DNA from: Schizochytrium sp. TIO01
Lineage: Eukaryota > Protista > Bigyra: Labyrinthulomycetes
Length of the DNA stretch: 64,000 nucleotides
NCBI GenBank assembly: GCA_004764695.1
Contig: SMSO01000032.1
Span: 2,418,001-2,482,000 of the forward strand
Reading direction: 5' to 3'
Under the pieces are notes generated by a model. It ran no database searches. It was not told the DNA's origin and saw only the letters and a list, made by a program, of their open reading frames with translations. Shown here one piece after another: positions 48,681 through 61,996 of this stretch. A program made the position numbers and the translations under genes. Position 1 is the stretch's first letter. Each line of letters opens with the position of its first letter.

Positions 48681-49524
48681 AATCAATCAAACAATCAAAC
48701 TAACTGTCTGACTGATCCTCCGTCGATCAATTCACTCCTCGCCCGGTCGCTCTCCTGGGCTGCTGGCGGCGGCCTCCCCTGGGCTCTCAGGCTCGCCTGC
48801 GAACATTGTGGTGGAGGAGGGATGGCTGGTTTCGTGTTGATTGCTTTGGGCCTGTGCATTGATTGATTGATCGATCGATCCATCGATTATCCTTCCTTCC
48901 TGCCCGACGTATTTTATTTTAACTCGCGTGCGTATTTTATTCACTGGAGGCCCTCGCGTAGGACAGGTAGGTAGGATGGCCTAGCGAACGCGTCTCGACG
49001 GCGCGTATTTTATTGCATCGTTCGCAAGTTCGCTGTTTTCTTGTTTGTTTGTTTTGGTGTTTCTTCCTCTCTTTCCATGATATATCCTCGTAAACAGTAC
49101 ACGAAAAGCGCACTTCTTTATACATACAAACACATAAATACATACATTATGTACATACATTACATTACATACAGAACTAAACCAAAGGGATCATCAAACG
49201 AACGAACAAATACTGTTTGTCTTAAAATCGATTCATCGACTTAAAGACAAAACAGAGAACATGTTCATCTTTTGGGGCTTCGAAAGAGAACGAGGAGAAC
49301 AAAGAGAACGGCTTGCCCAGCCTTCCTTCTTCAGGGCCCCGATCTCGAGCCCGCTCCTCCTCCTCCTCATCATCATCACCACCACCATACTCTCCCCTGA
49401 GCCAGCCAGCGAGCGAGCGAGCGTGCGTGACTGGCTGGCTGGCTGGCTGGCTGGCCCAGCCTCCCGTCCCTTGCCACGCGCAGACGCATTGAGACATACA
49501 TCGATCGTGCTGCCAATTCGCGTT

Positions 49525-49525
49525 G

Positions 49526-49611
<86 letters not shown>

Positions 49612-49680
49612 TTTTTTTCTTTCTTTCTTTTTCTTTCTTTCTCTCCTCTCTCTTTCTTTCTTTCTTTCTCTCTCTCTTTC
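49525..49680. repeat. (CTTT)n/(CT)n polypyrimidine microsatellite
   Basis: Directly visible. Confidence 0.9.
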
Positions 49681-50065
49681 CCGCACGCTCCTCCTCCACT
49701 CCTACCTTTGCCGCTACCTGGCCCTTAGCGCTTCCACAACGAGGCCTTCTTTGAGTTTTCCTCACTTATCGCCTCCTATTGCTCCCAATAAGACCCGCGC
49801 GTTGCTTTGAGGGCCGCCAGTAGGGGCTCCTTCTGGCCTGCTAGCAGAGCCTTAGAGGTCAGCTAAGACTGGGTGGACTTGGGGAGATAATGTGGCGGTC
49901 TGCTTGGCAAGGAGAGGATTGCGCAACCCATTTTAGCGCAACGCATAATCCCGCGGGGGCGTTCCGATGCCGTGTTCTGTTGTCAGGGTGAGGAAAGGGA
50001 ACAGGGCGGTAGGCGTGCATAAGGAGAACCGTAGCAGGAGGCACCCACTCATATAAAGAAAGAAG

Positions 50066-50097
50066 CAATGAATGAATGAATGAATGAATGAATGACA

Positions 50098-50157
<60 letters not shown>

Positions 50158-50185
50158 GAGAAAGAAAGAGAGAAAGAAAGAAAGA
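50066..50185. repeat. (AATG)n followed by (AAAG)n microsatellite
   Basis: Directly visible. Confidence 0.9.
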
Positions 50186-53100
50186 ACTGTGGACTAAACA
50201 TAACATGAGAGAAAGAAAAGAGGGAAAAGTGCGAGGGAGCGAGAGCACGCGGCGACAAGATCCCACGCAGAACTCGCGCAAGAAAGAAACCAAGAAAGCC
50301 CAAGCCGTTCATCCATTGATTAATTGATCCATTGATTCATTCTTCGATTCATCTATTCACGCGTTCACTCGCTCGCAAGCACATCCACCCTCCAACACCC
50401 GAGGACGCGAGCGGAGGGATACGAAAACAAACAAAATGGGCAACGAACCAAGGCCTCCTTCGCAGTTTGTTTTCTCGTAGCAGTTTTTATGTGTTCTTTT
50501 GTTCTTGTCGTTGTTCCTTCAAGTTACCATTTCATTTGTGATGATAATATTCTTCGACATCATTGAGAAAGGAAGCACTGTGACTGACCTAAATATATTT
50601 AGTCAGTTAGTACTACTTAGAACAAAGGCATTGATTGCTGTTTTTAAGGGAATCTCGGCACAGCACCAAGGCCAAGGAAGGCGGCAGGCGCAGGAGTTCT
50701 GGGATCGTTGAGGACCTGGGATCCAAGAACAGCCGCACAAGCGCGATGGAGTGAAGCTCGATGAGAGACGCTTGAGCATCAGAGGAGTGTCGCGTCGAGG
50801 GGATGAGTGGGTGGCTGACAGGAGAGGATGAAAAAGGCCTTTGAGATCACAGAATAGGACCGACTGGCGGCACCTACCTCCTGCTGGGGTTCGTTCGTAA
50901 GTTCGGAAAAAAGATCTGACTGACAACAATGGACTAGGTCAGTAGCAGCTCGAGTTCGTTGGCAACCGAGGAACTTGTAAAAGGCCGAAAGGACATGGAG
51001 GCTAGATAGATGGATAAGTTTTGAGCTGTGCTTCCTTCGAGGCTGTAGCCAAGATCTGGGCAGCGCTGGTGGCTGGCTACCTCTGCCTTCCTGCCTATCT
51101 GCTGTCCAGCAGGGAACTAATCGCACACAGTCCATAGCCAAAGGTGATGCACAGCACAGATGGCGAGTTCTCCTGCAGACTGAACTCCCATGCTTGGTTC
51201 GGCTTGACCCGAATCGCGTCATAGCCTTGTTGCGTTGATGCTGTTCGTATTGGCGGATGGCATACATTTACAGCGCACGCAGAAGTAAGAAGGACGATGG
51301 TGGATCATTGATTTCACATTCATCGAATCTGAAACGTGTGAGCGACCTTCTATTCGTAAGAACCCACCTACGTAGGCACTTTGTCACGAGGTAGAAATAT
51401 CAGTAGCAACGCAAGTGGAAAGCTCAAAGTCTCAACCAAACTTATATAGCTAGCTTGGTGGAAATGGCAGACACAGTCTGCACGTTAAGATGCAGTGAAC
51501 CGAGGCAACTGAGGCTATGATGTCTCAGGATCTAATAGGGCGCTTCTGAATTGCTTGAGGCCGAATCTTATTTAATTCATAACATTCAACGACCGCGCTT
51601 GACGTCGCCAGAAGAAGGGTATGCTTGCTAGCATGGCTTCGCATCATTGCTTGAAATTGCAAAAAAAGGATCCTTAAATGGTACTTAATGACACCTTAGC
51701 AAACCAAGTTCAAATGAGTGCAAAAGACATACCTCAAAATATAGTTTCAAGAAACTTCTTGCAGAAGGTCCCGCTCCTGCTAGTGATTGTTCTGATGGCT
51801 GAAACCCTTCAAGCATGTACTTTTCCAGAAAAGCTTCGCAGACTTTGTCTACTATATGGAAGAATGCGAACCAACTCAACATTTTATCAGCTGATCCTAA
51901 TTTTATTTTACGAGTTATATAGTCTCTCTTTTTTTTTTTTCTGTGTTGTAGCGACCGAGGATAATGAAGTTGTTTAGATTTCTGTTCTAATTTTGTTTCA
52001 ATCTGCTTTGGAAACGTGTAGCATAGCTATCGATCTTCCCGTATGTTGAAGCTGTGCATATGGTTTCAAAAGCAGGCAAACAATCGAAAACTAGATCCCA
52101 CTGGCTCATGAAAAGAATCGCATTTGACCAAGTTAATCATTGTGAATGGCCAGGCCTTGGATAAGAGGATTCGAATGTCTGCTTCTCTGACTGACAATAA
52201 TAATATTGATAGCACGAATGATGGAGTGCCTATCTTCGCATAGCACGCGCAACAATGCTTGCATTGCCGAGTCAGACTCTTTCTGTGTCTTTTACTTCTT
52301 GTTATTGTAAGGTCTCGCCCGCTTGCTTGGTGCTGGTGTACAACGAGGCGAAACCCGCCAGTTTATCGGAACGACAGAGGCTGAGGGAATGCTCGACATA
52401 AATCTTCGAAGCCCCGTTTCCGGTGAGAATGAACCACTCCCTGGCTCAAGCAAGGCTTTATTTATGTTGGCTAATTCTGAACTATTGTAATCTGCAAGCT
52501 TCTTCAGAATGAAGAAATCAAAAGTCTTCTGCAGCACCCGAACAATGTCAGCTGCGTTGAGTAGGCAAGTAGTCATCTATCCGTAAGTTATCATGTGCTT
52601 GCTTCATACTTTATTATGGATATTTTTACTTATAAAAATGAGTAACTCGACTCCACTCTACTCAGTAGCTGAAGTCGTAATTGAGGCACGCTCAATCAAT
52701 CTAGCACACTGGAGAACGAACAGCATTGGATCCGCCATGCCTCACGACCATTCCTCGCTTGGTCCGAGCCTGAGAACCTGGCCATCGGGTGGCCTGCAGC
52801 ATTTGCAGGACTCCCAGACGGTGCTTGCATGCGTGCATTAGAAAGCCAAGGGTCTTGCGGAATCGAAAATAATAATGCAATCTGCAGAGGTACTGGTAGC
52901 TACACTACTGGTCACGTGCTATTTTCTCATATAATCTAGTACGGGTCATGTAGAATCTGACTGGCTCAGGCCAACCCAGTGGAATATCAAGCGCTATTGT
53001 GAGCCATAGCCTTGGAGGCGACACCGGGTGGCGCGTTGCGAGGCACAAAACCCGCACTTGTAATGGCTCTTCGGAGGAATACCACGGTTTTGTCGATTCG

Positions 53101-53428
53101 TTCAAGTTGACGCTCAGAAGGCCGTGTTATAAGTTTAAGAAGAAATAGGACTAGGAATCTCCATGAAAGTGCCTGCCTCCATCACAAACAAAAAAACAAA
53201 AAAACCTCAAGCGAGCAATCAAACGAGCGAGCAAGCAAGCAAAGCGACCTGGCAAGTTATGATCTCCATTCGTAAATATAAACTGGATTCTATTTTTAAC
53301 CCTACAGCTTTTAATTCGTTGGATACTATGGCTAGTTTTAATACTCCGTTTTCTAAAAATACAGTCGTAGAAAAAATTTATATTAAATTTGTTCTGTTGG
53401 CGAATGCCATGAAAACGGCCCTTAGTAA

Positions 53429-53472
53429 TAGTTGTGTCTTGACCGCATGCAGTTGTGTCTTGACCGCATGCA
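53429..53472. repeat. 21-bp tandem duplication
   Basis: agttgtgtcttgaccgcatgc occurs twice. Confidence 0.85.
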
Positions 53473-55587
53473 TGGGGAAGAGCGGACATTATCCTGGCCC
53501 TGTGGTCGAGTAACTAGCTGCAAAATTTGCAATGAAAATATTAGATTTCATTGCGCTTTCTAGTGAGGCTCGATTCACAGCGCAACGCGGCTTGAGTTGA
53601 ATGAAATGTAGGGTGGTTATCATAGGTATATGAGCAATCGGAAATTAGCCTCGATTCCATGATTTTGGAAGAGGCAATGAGAGGAAGGAATGCACTCGTG
53701 ACCAGGTCAGTCTGAGCCACAACCCTTGCTTGAAAAGCAATTAATACAGGGCAAGTAAAAGAACTGCAACTGCACTGGGATGGTGAGTTTTATGCATGAT
53801 GGTGGTGCTTCAAAACGGCGCGTATGTTGCTAGATTTGTTGTCCAATTTGAAATTCATGTATATAACATAAATTAAAAAAAACATTAAAGAAAGAGTCCT
53901 AGGGCAACGCCAAGAGAATAAGATTCACGTTGCGAATCCATCCACAAGAGTAACGCCTGTTTCAATTTAAGCTTTTTGAGTTCACAATACGCAACTACAG
54001 TACGAATTAAAAATCTTCCTCGTCCATGCTTCTCCCGACGAGAATGATCGAATAATAAAATGTGAATATAAAGTATTAGTTAAGTAAAGAGCATCCAGCT
54101 GTTTGCGTAAATCTAGTCCAGAACGAGCGAACGTTTTTTGGGGGGTTCAATACCAGGACGTCGAATTATCTCATCATCATTTGTCAAATACACAGCTCGA
54201 TTTGTCCGACTAGAAGATCCTGCTGCCTATATCAGAGCGATATAACCTTTGGCAGGTCACTTGCAACAGTAAAACTATGTAAAGCCTGGCTAGGCTAGGC
54301 CGAGCAATTATTCAATTTTCTTTCATCGTTAGATGCTACGAAATGGCTAAACTAGCTTTCCTGAACAAGGCTAACTTAATAGGGACAGGTCAAACTTTCC
54401 TCAAACTGTTCTTTAACAGTTGCCGAGTTGTGGATCAGTGCTTCTGTATTCGGATAGACATTTACCTCTTACCGCAATGAGGAATTTGACGGAACTTTCT
54501 TCGATCTCTTTGATCACGATACCTTTAGTTTGGCAAATGCGACGTCTTTCGTTTGATAACGACTTGTTATCTCCTCATAAACTGAGGTGCAAGGGTAGTT
54601 CTCCACGTGACAATCAAAACGGAACGATTCCATTCGCACATGCTTGACGCTAACACATCGATTGTATGCAATCAGACCTATTTTGGCATGGGGGGTTGCA
54701 TTTAGAAAAAAGGGGCGTCATAGGTTACCTCAACATTGTCTTTGTCCGCTCTGAATCGTGCCTCTCCAAGCTGGAGGCTAAATTCAAGTTTAGGAGAATA
54801 AATTTAAATCAAGGTTAGTTGATACATCCTCGAAGCCCGCATCAAAGATAAAATGATGACAGAGCCACTTTGTGACGAGTTAAATCTTCAATTTCTTACC
54901 TATTATACTATTTCGGTAGCCTCGATTACATCGTAGGTAGTGTTTGCTTGTTCCGTCGGGGAAAAAAACAGTCAAACGCAAGAGATAGTTAAAAGAAGTA
55001 CCACTGTGTCGTTTTCAGCTCTTGGTTAAGGAGCGATGTGCTTCAATAGAATAGTATCTTGATTCCTTTCAAGAGTTCAAGCCAGACAAGGTTATTCGAG
55101 GTAGTGTTAATTGATACCTCAAAATCAAATGGGCATGTGCGTAGCAACGTCAGATATGCTTGCTTGCTTGAGCAAATCGAAATCGAGTATCGAATAGCGG
55201 TAACCCAAAAAATATTAGTAGTTACGAAAAGAAGAGGTGCGATTCATTTTGTTCAGGCGTCCACCTCAAATCGACAATGAGAATAGAGAGGAGAAAGAAG
55301 GACAGGGAAATTGATAGAACGGTGTGCAAATTTGCCTTGCCGCGAAGCACGATTCCGTCGAATTTAACATTGACCGTCAGTGAGGTGGTTTACAATCAAT
55401 GCAGTTCCAAAGGGGCAAGATCTTGTCATCTTTGGTAACATCAAGAATGAAGTGAAGGTCAAATCTTATGCAGTAAACCATTTGTGATCACTACAATGTC
55501 AAGTCTTGTCAATCGAGAACAGCGATCGAAGATAGGCACAACAAGGTGTATCAGGTCCGAGGCATGTCTGCAGTACACAAATCGTGT

Positions 55588-56506
55588 TTACTCCTTGCAA
55601 TCAGCGAAGACCTGAGAGAAGGTCTTGAGGTCCGGGTTGGCCTTGAGCACCTCCTCGTCGACGTCATCGAGCTCAAGGAGGGACTCGATGGCCTCGTAGT
55701 CACCAATGTAGGTGGTCTCATCAGCCTGGTCAGTGATGAAAATCTGGGGGTAGTTGCCCTTGATACCGCTGATGCCGGTGAGCTCCTCGCGGACGGCCTT
55801 CTCGTCAACAGCGTCAACCTCCTTGTAACGGATGTGCTTGGTCTGCATCCAGGTGATTACGCGCCTAAAATACAATTACAGTAGCAGCACAGAATTTGAA
55901 GTGATGTCCACAGAAGAATAAATATGAGAGGTCATTTACCGTGTGTGTTGAACGTTTAAATGTTAGTTTTCCATTTTCTCAACAAAAAAAAAAAGCAGAG
56001 TATATTTGAATACCGTTTGCAAAAGTGGCTACAGAAGGAAATCTTGAGGGTTCCAAGGGTCCACTCTAGCGCAGTCATTTCCCTTTTGATATGATTATCA
56101 AACCCGGCAAAGATTTCAGAGGCCTGGCCAGACAATCAACGCGCCGTTGAAGTAATAGGATAGTTTTCGCTATTTCTGTTGGGTGGAAAGAACTTACCTC
56201 TGCGAGTTTTCCGACTCAATGGTCGGGGCTGTATGAAGCAAGATTCAATAAGTCTCTCTTCTGAGTTAGTGACTGAGATTATCTCTGGATACCATCTTTT
56301 AGCCTTAGCTGGTACAGCATTGTGGAGACGAGCAAAGCAAGGAGGACGCGAATGAGGAGATGATTGTAAGTGACTTGAGAGAAAGAGCGTCTTTCACTCT
56401 TTCAACCATTCTCTCAACTCCGCTCAGATCTTGAGCGGTGGCAACCTGAGTGCTGTAGCCAAAACTTACGCGACGGGGTCACGAGAATGAGAACGATGTG
56501 GGACAT
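55588..56506 (-). CDS. SH3BGR-like (thioredoxin/glutaredoxin-fold) protein, 114 aa; exons 56470-56506, 56198-56228, 55588-55864
   Basis: Two GTAAGT...AG introns with compatible phases (1 and 2) give MSHIVLILVTPSPPTIESENSQRRVITWMQTKHIRYKEVD...REELTGISG...YPQIFI...YIGDYEAIE. Confidence 0.85.
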
Positions 56507-58359
56507 GGTGCTTGTATGCAGACGGTAGTGAGGGTTGACGGCAAAGTCTTCACGGCGGATACGGGTCTGCTGCTCTGCGCACTACTATTCCTTCTCTTCA
56601 ATTCCTTTGTATCTATCTATCTATCTGTACGTCTATCTATCATAACAATACAATTTTCAATCTTCTACTTACTTCGACTACATAGTAGCTACTGCTACTG
56701 GCAATTCTACGAAGTGCTTGAGTGTGTGCAAACTCCTTCTCCCTACGGAGTGCCTCCTAATGAATACAATAGGACTCACCATGGGGCCACAGCACCGACC
56801 CCCATGCCTACGGGTTTACAGTAGCTGTGGGATACTAAGGCGCGCACTCTTTATTTCTTTCTTTCTGTACCATCGCAGGCATCCAAAAAACCTAGACTTT
56901 AAGCATTCCGGGCTGGTGCGTGGCGTGCTCCAATGCCAGCGCCATCGCAGAGCCGGCGAGACTTCAGAGCAACATGAAGGAACCCACGCTCGCTTGATCG
57001 TATTGAGAGCTTCTCAAGAGCCTACAAGCGGCCTCAGTCGAGCGAGGGATTCCTCTCCGCTAGTCTTGCAAAGCTGATCTGTAAGCACGTAGCACGCGGT
57101 GTACTAAAGTTTTGGGTAGACAGGTGATAGGTCCCCGGCGTGCACCCTGCTCCATTGTCAGTGGTCTTGTGTAATTCGACACGAAGGAACTTGGAGCTAC
57201 TAATGCTGCATGCATCGCACGTGAGGTTGCAAGTACTTGAAGCTTAAGGAGTGCAGGTGCGATCTAGCAAAAGGCATCTTGTGCAGATTCTGATGGGGAA
57301 CTTGACACACACACACACTATGAACTCGTAACTAGCACCCGGCGAAGTATAGCGTGAATGTTCGTCGTTTGTGAGCTATAACATAAGTACTCTCATACGA
57401 TGATAACGAGTAGGAGGGATGTGGCGCTGGAAATCTTGCCTGGCGCCTTCTCTGGGTGAAACTTTCAATGCCAGAGATGTATACGTAGAAAAATGCTGGG
57501 TTGGCCTTGGCGCATGGCTTGGAACTTGCTTAACATGGAGTTGTTTCGTAAGACCAAAACGACACACAAGTGTCTACTCAAAAGCTTGGCGTTTGATGTA
57601 GTAGTAAGGTATGCGCTTCTGCTAAATAAAGAACACTTAGTGTTTGTTCGTTGATAAAAATGAAATGAAATATCATCTATTGGAATTGGAGCTTTCTATC
57701 TTACTTGTACACAATGTATGCCAAAAACGATACACCTAACATCCCACAGAAAGGTTCTCCGAGTCAGTAACTGTATAGTAGGAGGGGTACTAGGCACTAC
57801 CTAACTATGAGTACAGTTCTGTCTCATGTTGGTGACTCAAGAGACAAGTTTGTCAAAGTACAACCTACTCATAAAAGTGTTGCAAAGATGATTAATAGTA
57901 CTGGGAATAAGTAATTAATGCAAAACCAAGGTCGTGTCTATCACATTCGCATCAGTTTTGAAGAAGCTAGGTGAACTCGTAGAAGGAGTTCTAATATTTT
58001 CAACATTACGATGTAGGTACTGTTGAACTTAACAAAGGCTAGTACTGCATCACGTTTATTGGGGCTTTTGCACAAGGATTTACATCGGAAAACAAAGAGA
58101 ACTAATAGCTGTGCATAAAGTTGGTTGCAATTAATTAGGGTGAAAAAATCTACTCAGAGAAATAAACTTGAAAAAGCAAAGAGCTTGTTGCTTGCGAAAC
58201 CAGTCACCGCCTCGGCAACAGGAACCCTAGTCCAGTTGATTTACAAGCGGATTATCCCACAAAGGGAGCTCCTGGAGTAGTAGTCAGCCAACTCGATAGT
58301 CGCCCAACCACATTCGCATCTCTTTTATGAATGTAACAGATTACAAAGGCTACTCCGGC

Positions 58360-59484
58360 TTAAAAGGGAAGCTCGACAAAGTTGCCCATGGCTGCCGCAA
58401 GGCCCATGCCACCCATGAACATACCCACGACACTGACGACAGCTCCAATAGAGAGCTGAGCCATGCCACTGAGGCCATGTCCAGAAGTGCATCCGTTTCC
58501 AAGACGAGCTCCAAACAGCAAAAGGTATCCACCAACAAAGGCCTTGAGGTGAGACTCAGCACCAACAGCAAATGCGGGGGCAAGAGCGGGGTAGTTACCA
58601 AGGTACTGGGAAAGAGCCGCTCCAATGATAATGCCTCCGGAAACGAGAACCTGATACACGGGCTTACGCTCCTGGGCAAACTTGTAAAGGTAGGGTGAGT
58701 TGACTTGGATGTTCTTGTCAAAGATACCTGCGATCTTGGAGGAAATAAGGACCCAACCGGAGGACTGGCCAAGAGCAGTGCCGGTTCCGAGCTGCACGGG
58801 GATCTGGAGAAGTCCAATCAACACACCAGCGAGCAGAGGGTCCCAGGAAGCAGCCTCGAGAGTGGGGGCAGATGAGGAGAGCACGGACGGTTCAATGGGG
58901 TTTGCGAGGATCAGGTTCTGCGCATTCTCCCAGGGAAAGAAGTTGTCGATGGATGCAATGACACCCGCGGCAATACCAATAAAGAGGATGGAGGCGACAG
59001 CGTAGGGCATGAAGGAGGGGACCATGTCGGAGCTTTCAGTAGTCTTGCGCTTGTGGAATTCAGGGTTGCGGCGCCACAACTTCTCAAGGTAGCCGAAAGT
59101 AATGGTGCCGAGGATGCCGCCAGCGAGAACACTTGAGGTGAAGGGCATGCCAGCGCCAATTTGGGCCCATACAGTGCCAGGGCAAGATCCAGAGAGGTAC
59201 ATACCAGCGCCGAGGAGAATGCCACCAACAAAGTTGGCGCCAAAGCCGTTAAGGAGACCAAGTCCGAGAGCAACTCCGGTCTCGGGCTTGCGCTTCTTAA
59301 TACCAAGCAAGTGGAGAGCAAGCACTACAGCAGCAGATGTTCCACTAGCAGCAAGGAACATGCGCATCATTGTGAAATCGCGCATTTCCATCTGGCCAGA
59401 GATGACCTTGGGAGCATCGGTATGAGCCTTGTCAAGGGCAAAGCCGAAGAGGGCGCCCACGCCCACTGCAACAAGGTTCTCCAT
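58360..59484 (-). CDS. YeeE/YedE family (thiosulfate/sulfur-compound) transporter
   Basis: Multi-TM protein with GALFGFAL, GGILLGAGMYLSGSCPGT, LGQSSG and GGYLLLFGARLGNGCTSGHGLSG. Strong codon bias. A splice-acceptor-like tract lies just upstream of the ATG. Confidence 0.9.
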   Translation of the reverse strand: MENLVAVGVGALFGFALDKAHTDAPKVISGQMEMRDFTMMRMFLAASGTSAAVVLALHLLGIKKRKPETGVALGLGLLNGFGANFVGGILLGAGMYLSGSCPGTVWAQIGAGMPFTSSVLAGGILGTITFGYLEKLWRRNPEFHKRKTTESSDMVPSFMPYAVASILFIGIAAGVIASIDNFFPWENAQNLILANPIEPSVLSSSAPTLEAASWDPLLAGVLIGLLQIPVQLGTGTALGQSSGWVLISSKIAGIFDKNIQVNSPYLYKFAQERKPVYQVLVSGGIIIGAALSQYLGNYPALAPAFAVGAESHLKAFVGGYLLLFGARLGNGCTSGHGLSGMAQLSIGAVVSVVGMFMGGMGLAAAMGNFVELPF

Positions 59485-61926
59485 ATTGCCTAGCAAGCAA
59501 TCAGTCAGTTGACGTTTGTCAAGCACCAGGCTCTTCAGGCGCTTCTTCGCTTTAGTTGATCTGCGCTCGTTGACGCGATCTCGTTTGGGATTTGTTTGCT
59601 GCACGTTGAAGCGAAGTGAAGTAAACTAAGTGAGGCTCTTTCTTTGTATTTTAGCTCAAGCGCCGAACCGCTTCCAATGTAATTTCCTTGAAAACATACT
59701 ACTACGTACTAAATAAACAACATTGTACTACCTGCTACGTAGATCACCAAAGCCCAGCGGAACTAACCAAACCCGAAGAAATACAGCACTCTCAGCTTCT
59801 ATGAGCTGCTGCTACCTAATTCGCCACCAACACAATTCTCCTCGGACTTATTCCCGCGTACATTTGCACAGTCCCCTGTGAGCCTAGCCTGGGTAGCGCT
59901 TCCTCTCGCCACTGTGAGTGAACAGCTTAGTCCATAAGCACCTCCATAGCAGCCATAGGACAACATGTGAATTCATAAGAACGCTGCGATCAGCCAGTGC
60001 TAGTAGGCGCTAGCCAGGTGCTAGCTGTCCTACGGAGGCAGTAAGAGTCCTCCCTCATAATCACAATCACACCTCTGCTTCTACCGGAAACAAATGTTGT
60101 TAAAACCCACAACCAGCATCACGAACATCAAATGAAACAAACAGCAGGCACAAACGGCACTCCGTCGCACGCGAACCGGACAGAGGGGCCGGCCAGAGCA
60201 GCGGGGTCCTGACGCAGAGAGGTCAGACAGCCAGGCAGGCAGGCAGACAGGCAGCGCTCGCGAAGACGCCGAAGAATCGGACAGGAAACAGAGGCTCTGG
60301 TGTGCGAGAGTGCCTAATTCGCGAAGAACCAGACTCCGCCTCGCTGAAACTACCCCTGAGTCCCTTATGCCCCGCCTCCTACTGAGGGCGTTATATAGTA
60401 TTATGGTGGGTGGCTTCGTGCCACCGGACCTGGAGCCGTGCGTCATAATATCCTGGCGTCAGAATTGCGGAGAAGAACCTGCAACACCATCCCTCGTGAA
60501 GCACGGGAAGCAGGCCCTCGGCGGCGGTTTCAAGGCTTCTCGCGCTCGCCGGTTGCCTCGGAGGCCTCCTGTCCACCGCACTGCACGCCGCCTGCGCCAG
60601 AGCGGCTGCGAGTCCAGCGCAGGCCTTCGCCGGGCGGAGCTGCGGCTGCGGAGTTATTGCATTCCTTCAATTATGCAAATCAAATCCGTATCCTGCTAGG
60701 CGGCAGTAGGGGTATAACTACCCCTAACCATAGTAGTCAGTGGATTATGGGGTACTGTAGGACTACAAGCAGTGCGTTCTGTTCCGTTCTTTGCTGGTTT
60801 GGAGTTTGAATTTGAATTTGAATTTGGAAAAGGCGAAGAATGCAATAAATGTCCCTGTGCAATTCTCCATGGCGGCGCTGCTGGCCTGGAGGCGGCTGCG
60901 CGCGTGTGGTGGAACGTAACAACGTGTGGACTGCGGAGGGACCGGGATCTTGGCAGCTCGTTCGCTGCCTCGCTGGGTTTGGGTTACGCCGCGCAGGAAG
61001 AACCGGGCGGAGCTGGAGTTCGTTTTGGACCTGAGGTGGGCTGGTTTTCAAAGAGCTGTACGTACGTACGTACGCGTACGTACTGAGGTAGCCAGCCGCC
61101 TCCATGGGCTCGAGAACGTCGAGACAGAGAACGCCGCCAGCGGGAATCACGCAGCATGACAAGCTGCCTGCCGTGCGCACGTGTAGCTAGGGCGTTAGGG
61201 ATCGTAGCACGGCGTGGGAAAGAGTATAGCAGGGCGGATCATGATGCACGGGTGGTACCTCGGTACTTTGCTTGATGCCTTGACCGATATCTACGGCAGA
61301 GGTTCCAGGTGACAGACAACGTGCTCGACCGCATGTGTTTTTTTCTTGCCGTCGCAGCGCCATCGCTGGTCGCAGCTGAGCGCTTGGTTTCGCTCGCACA
61401 CAAGTATTCGAGGGCACGAGAGCCGCGGAGACATAGTTTGTGCGGCTCGGGCTGGAGGAGCGGAGAAAGGCAGCCTGCTAAATTGCGAAGCCGATGCCCG
61501 AAACACCGAGATAAGCCGAGGTTGCTCTCAATCCCAGCTCAAGCTCAAGATTGAGGCCAACATCAAATATGATCGACACTATATTCAGATCCTCCCAAAC
61601 CATATTTCCTGACAGATTGTCTTCAAGTTCATCGTCGATACCGAAACTTGTCGTGAGTTGCTGCAAGACTATGGAATCTAAGCAATCTTGCAATCAATCA
61701 CTCGAAGCATTTATTCATTTCGTCCATGGAATCTTCAGATCAGATTGTAAGGTGGAAGTTCAGCTCTGTCGCTATCGAGGTGGGAGTTTGGGTGATTCAT
61801 CTTCGAAGCTGCAATTGAGTGAAGGAAACCCCTCTTTCTCCGTGACTTTACCCCCGAGAGCGCTACCTACATACTACTAGCGGGGCAGATAGGTGGGTAG
61901 TTAGTAAGTCACCGGACAATCTGTGC

Positions 61927-61927
<1 letters not shown>

Positions 61928-61996
<69 letters not shown>
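61928..61996. repeat. (ATAG)n(ACAG)n compound microsatellite
   Basis: Directly visible. Confidence 0.9.

Noticed and set aside
48487-50327. KKER/FFLS repeat ORFs
   Set aside because: Translations of (AAAG)n/(CTTT)n tracts.
52292-52576. 94-aa ATG ORF (MTTCLLNAADIVRVL...)
   Set aside because: Short, with no motif or codon-bias support; cannot be distinguished from chance.
60081-61500. Cluster of overlapping ORFs in GC-rich DNA
   Set aside because: Expected from high GC content and no recognisable domain; more likely regulatory or intergenic.
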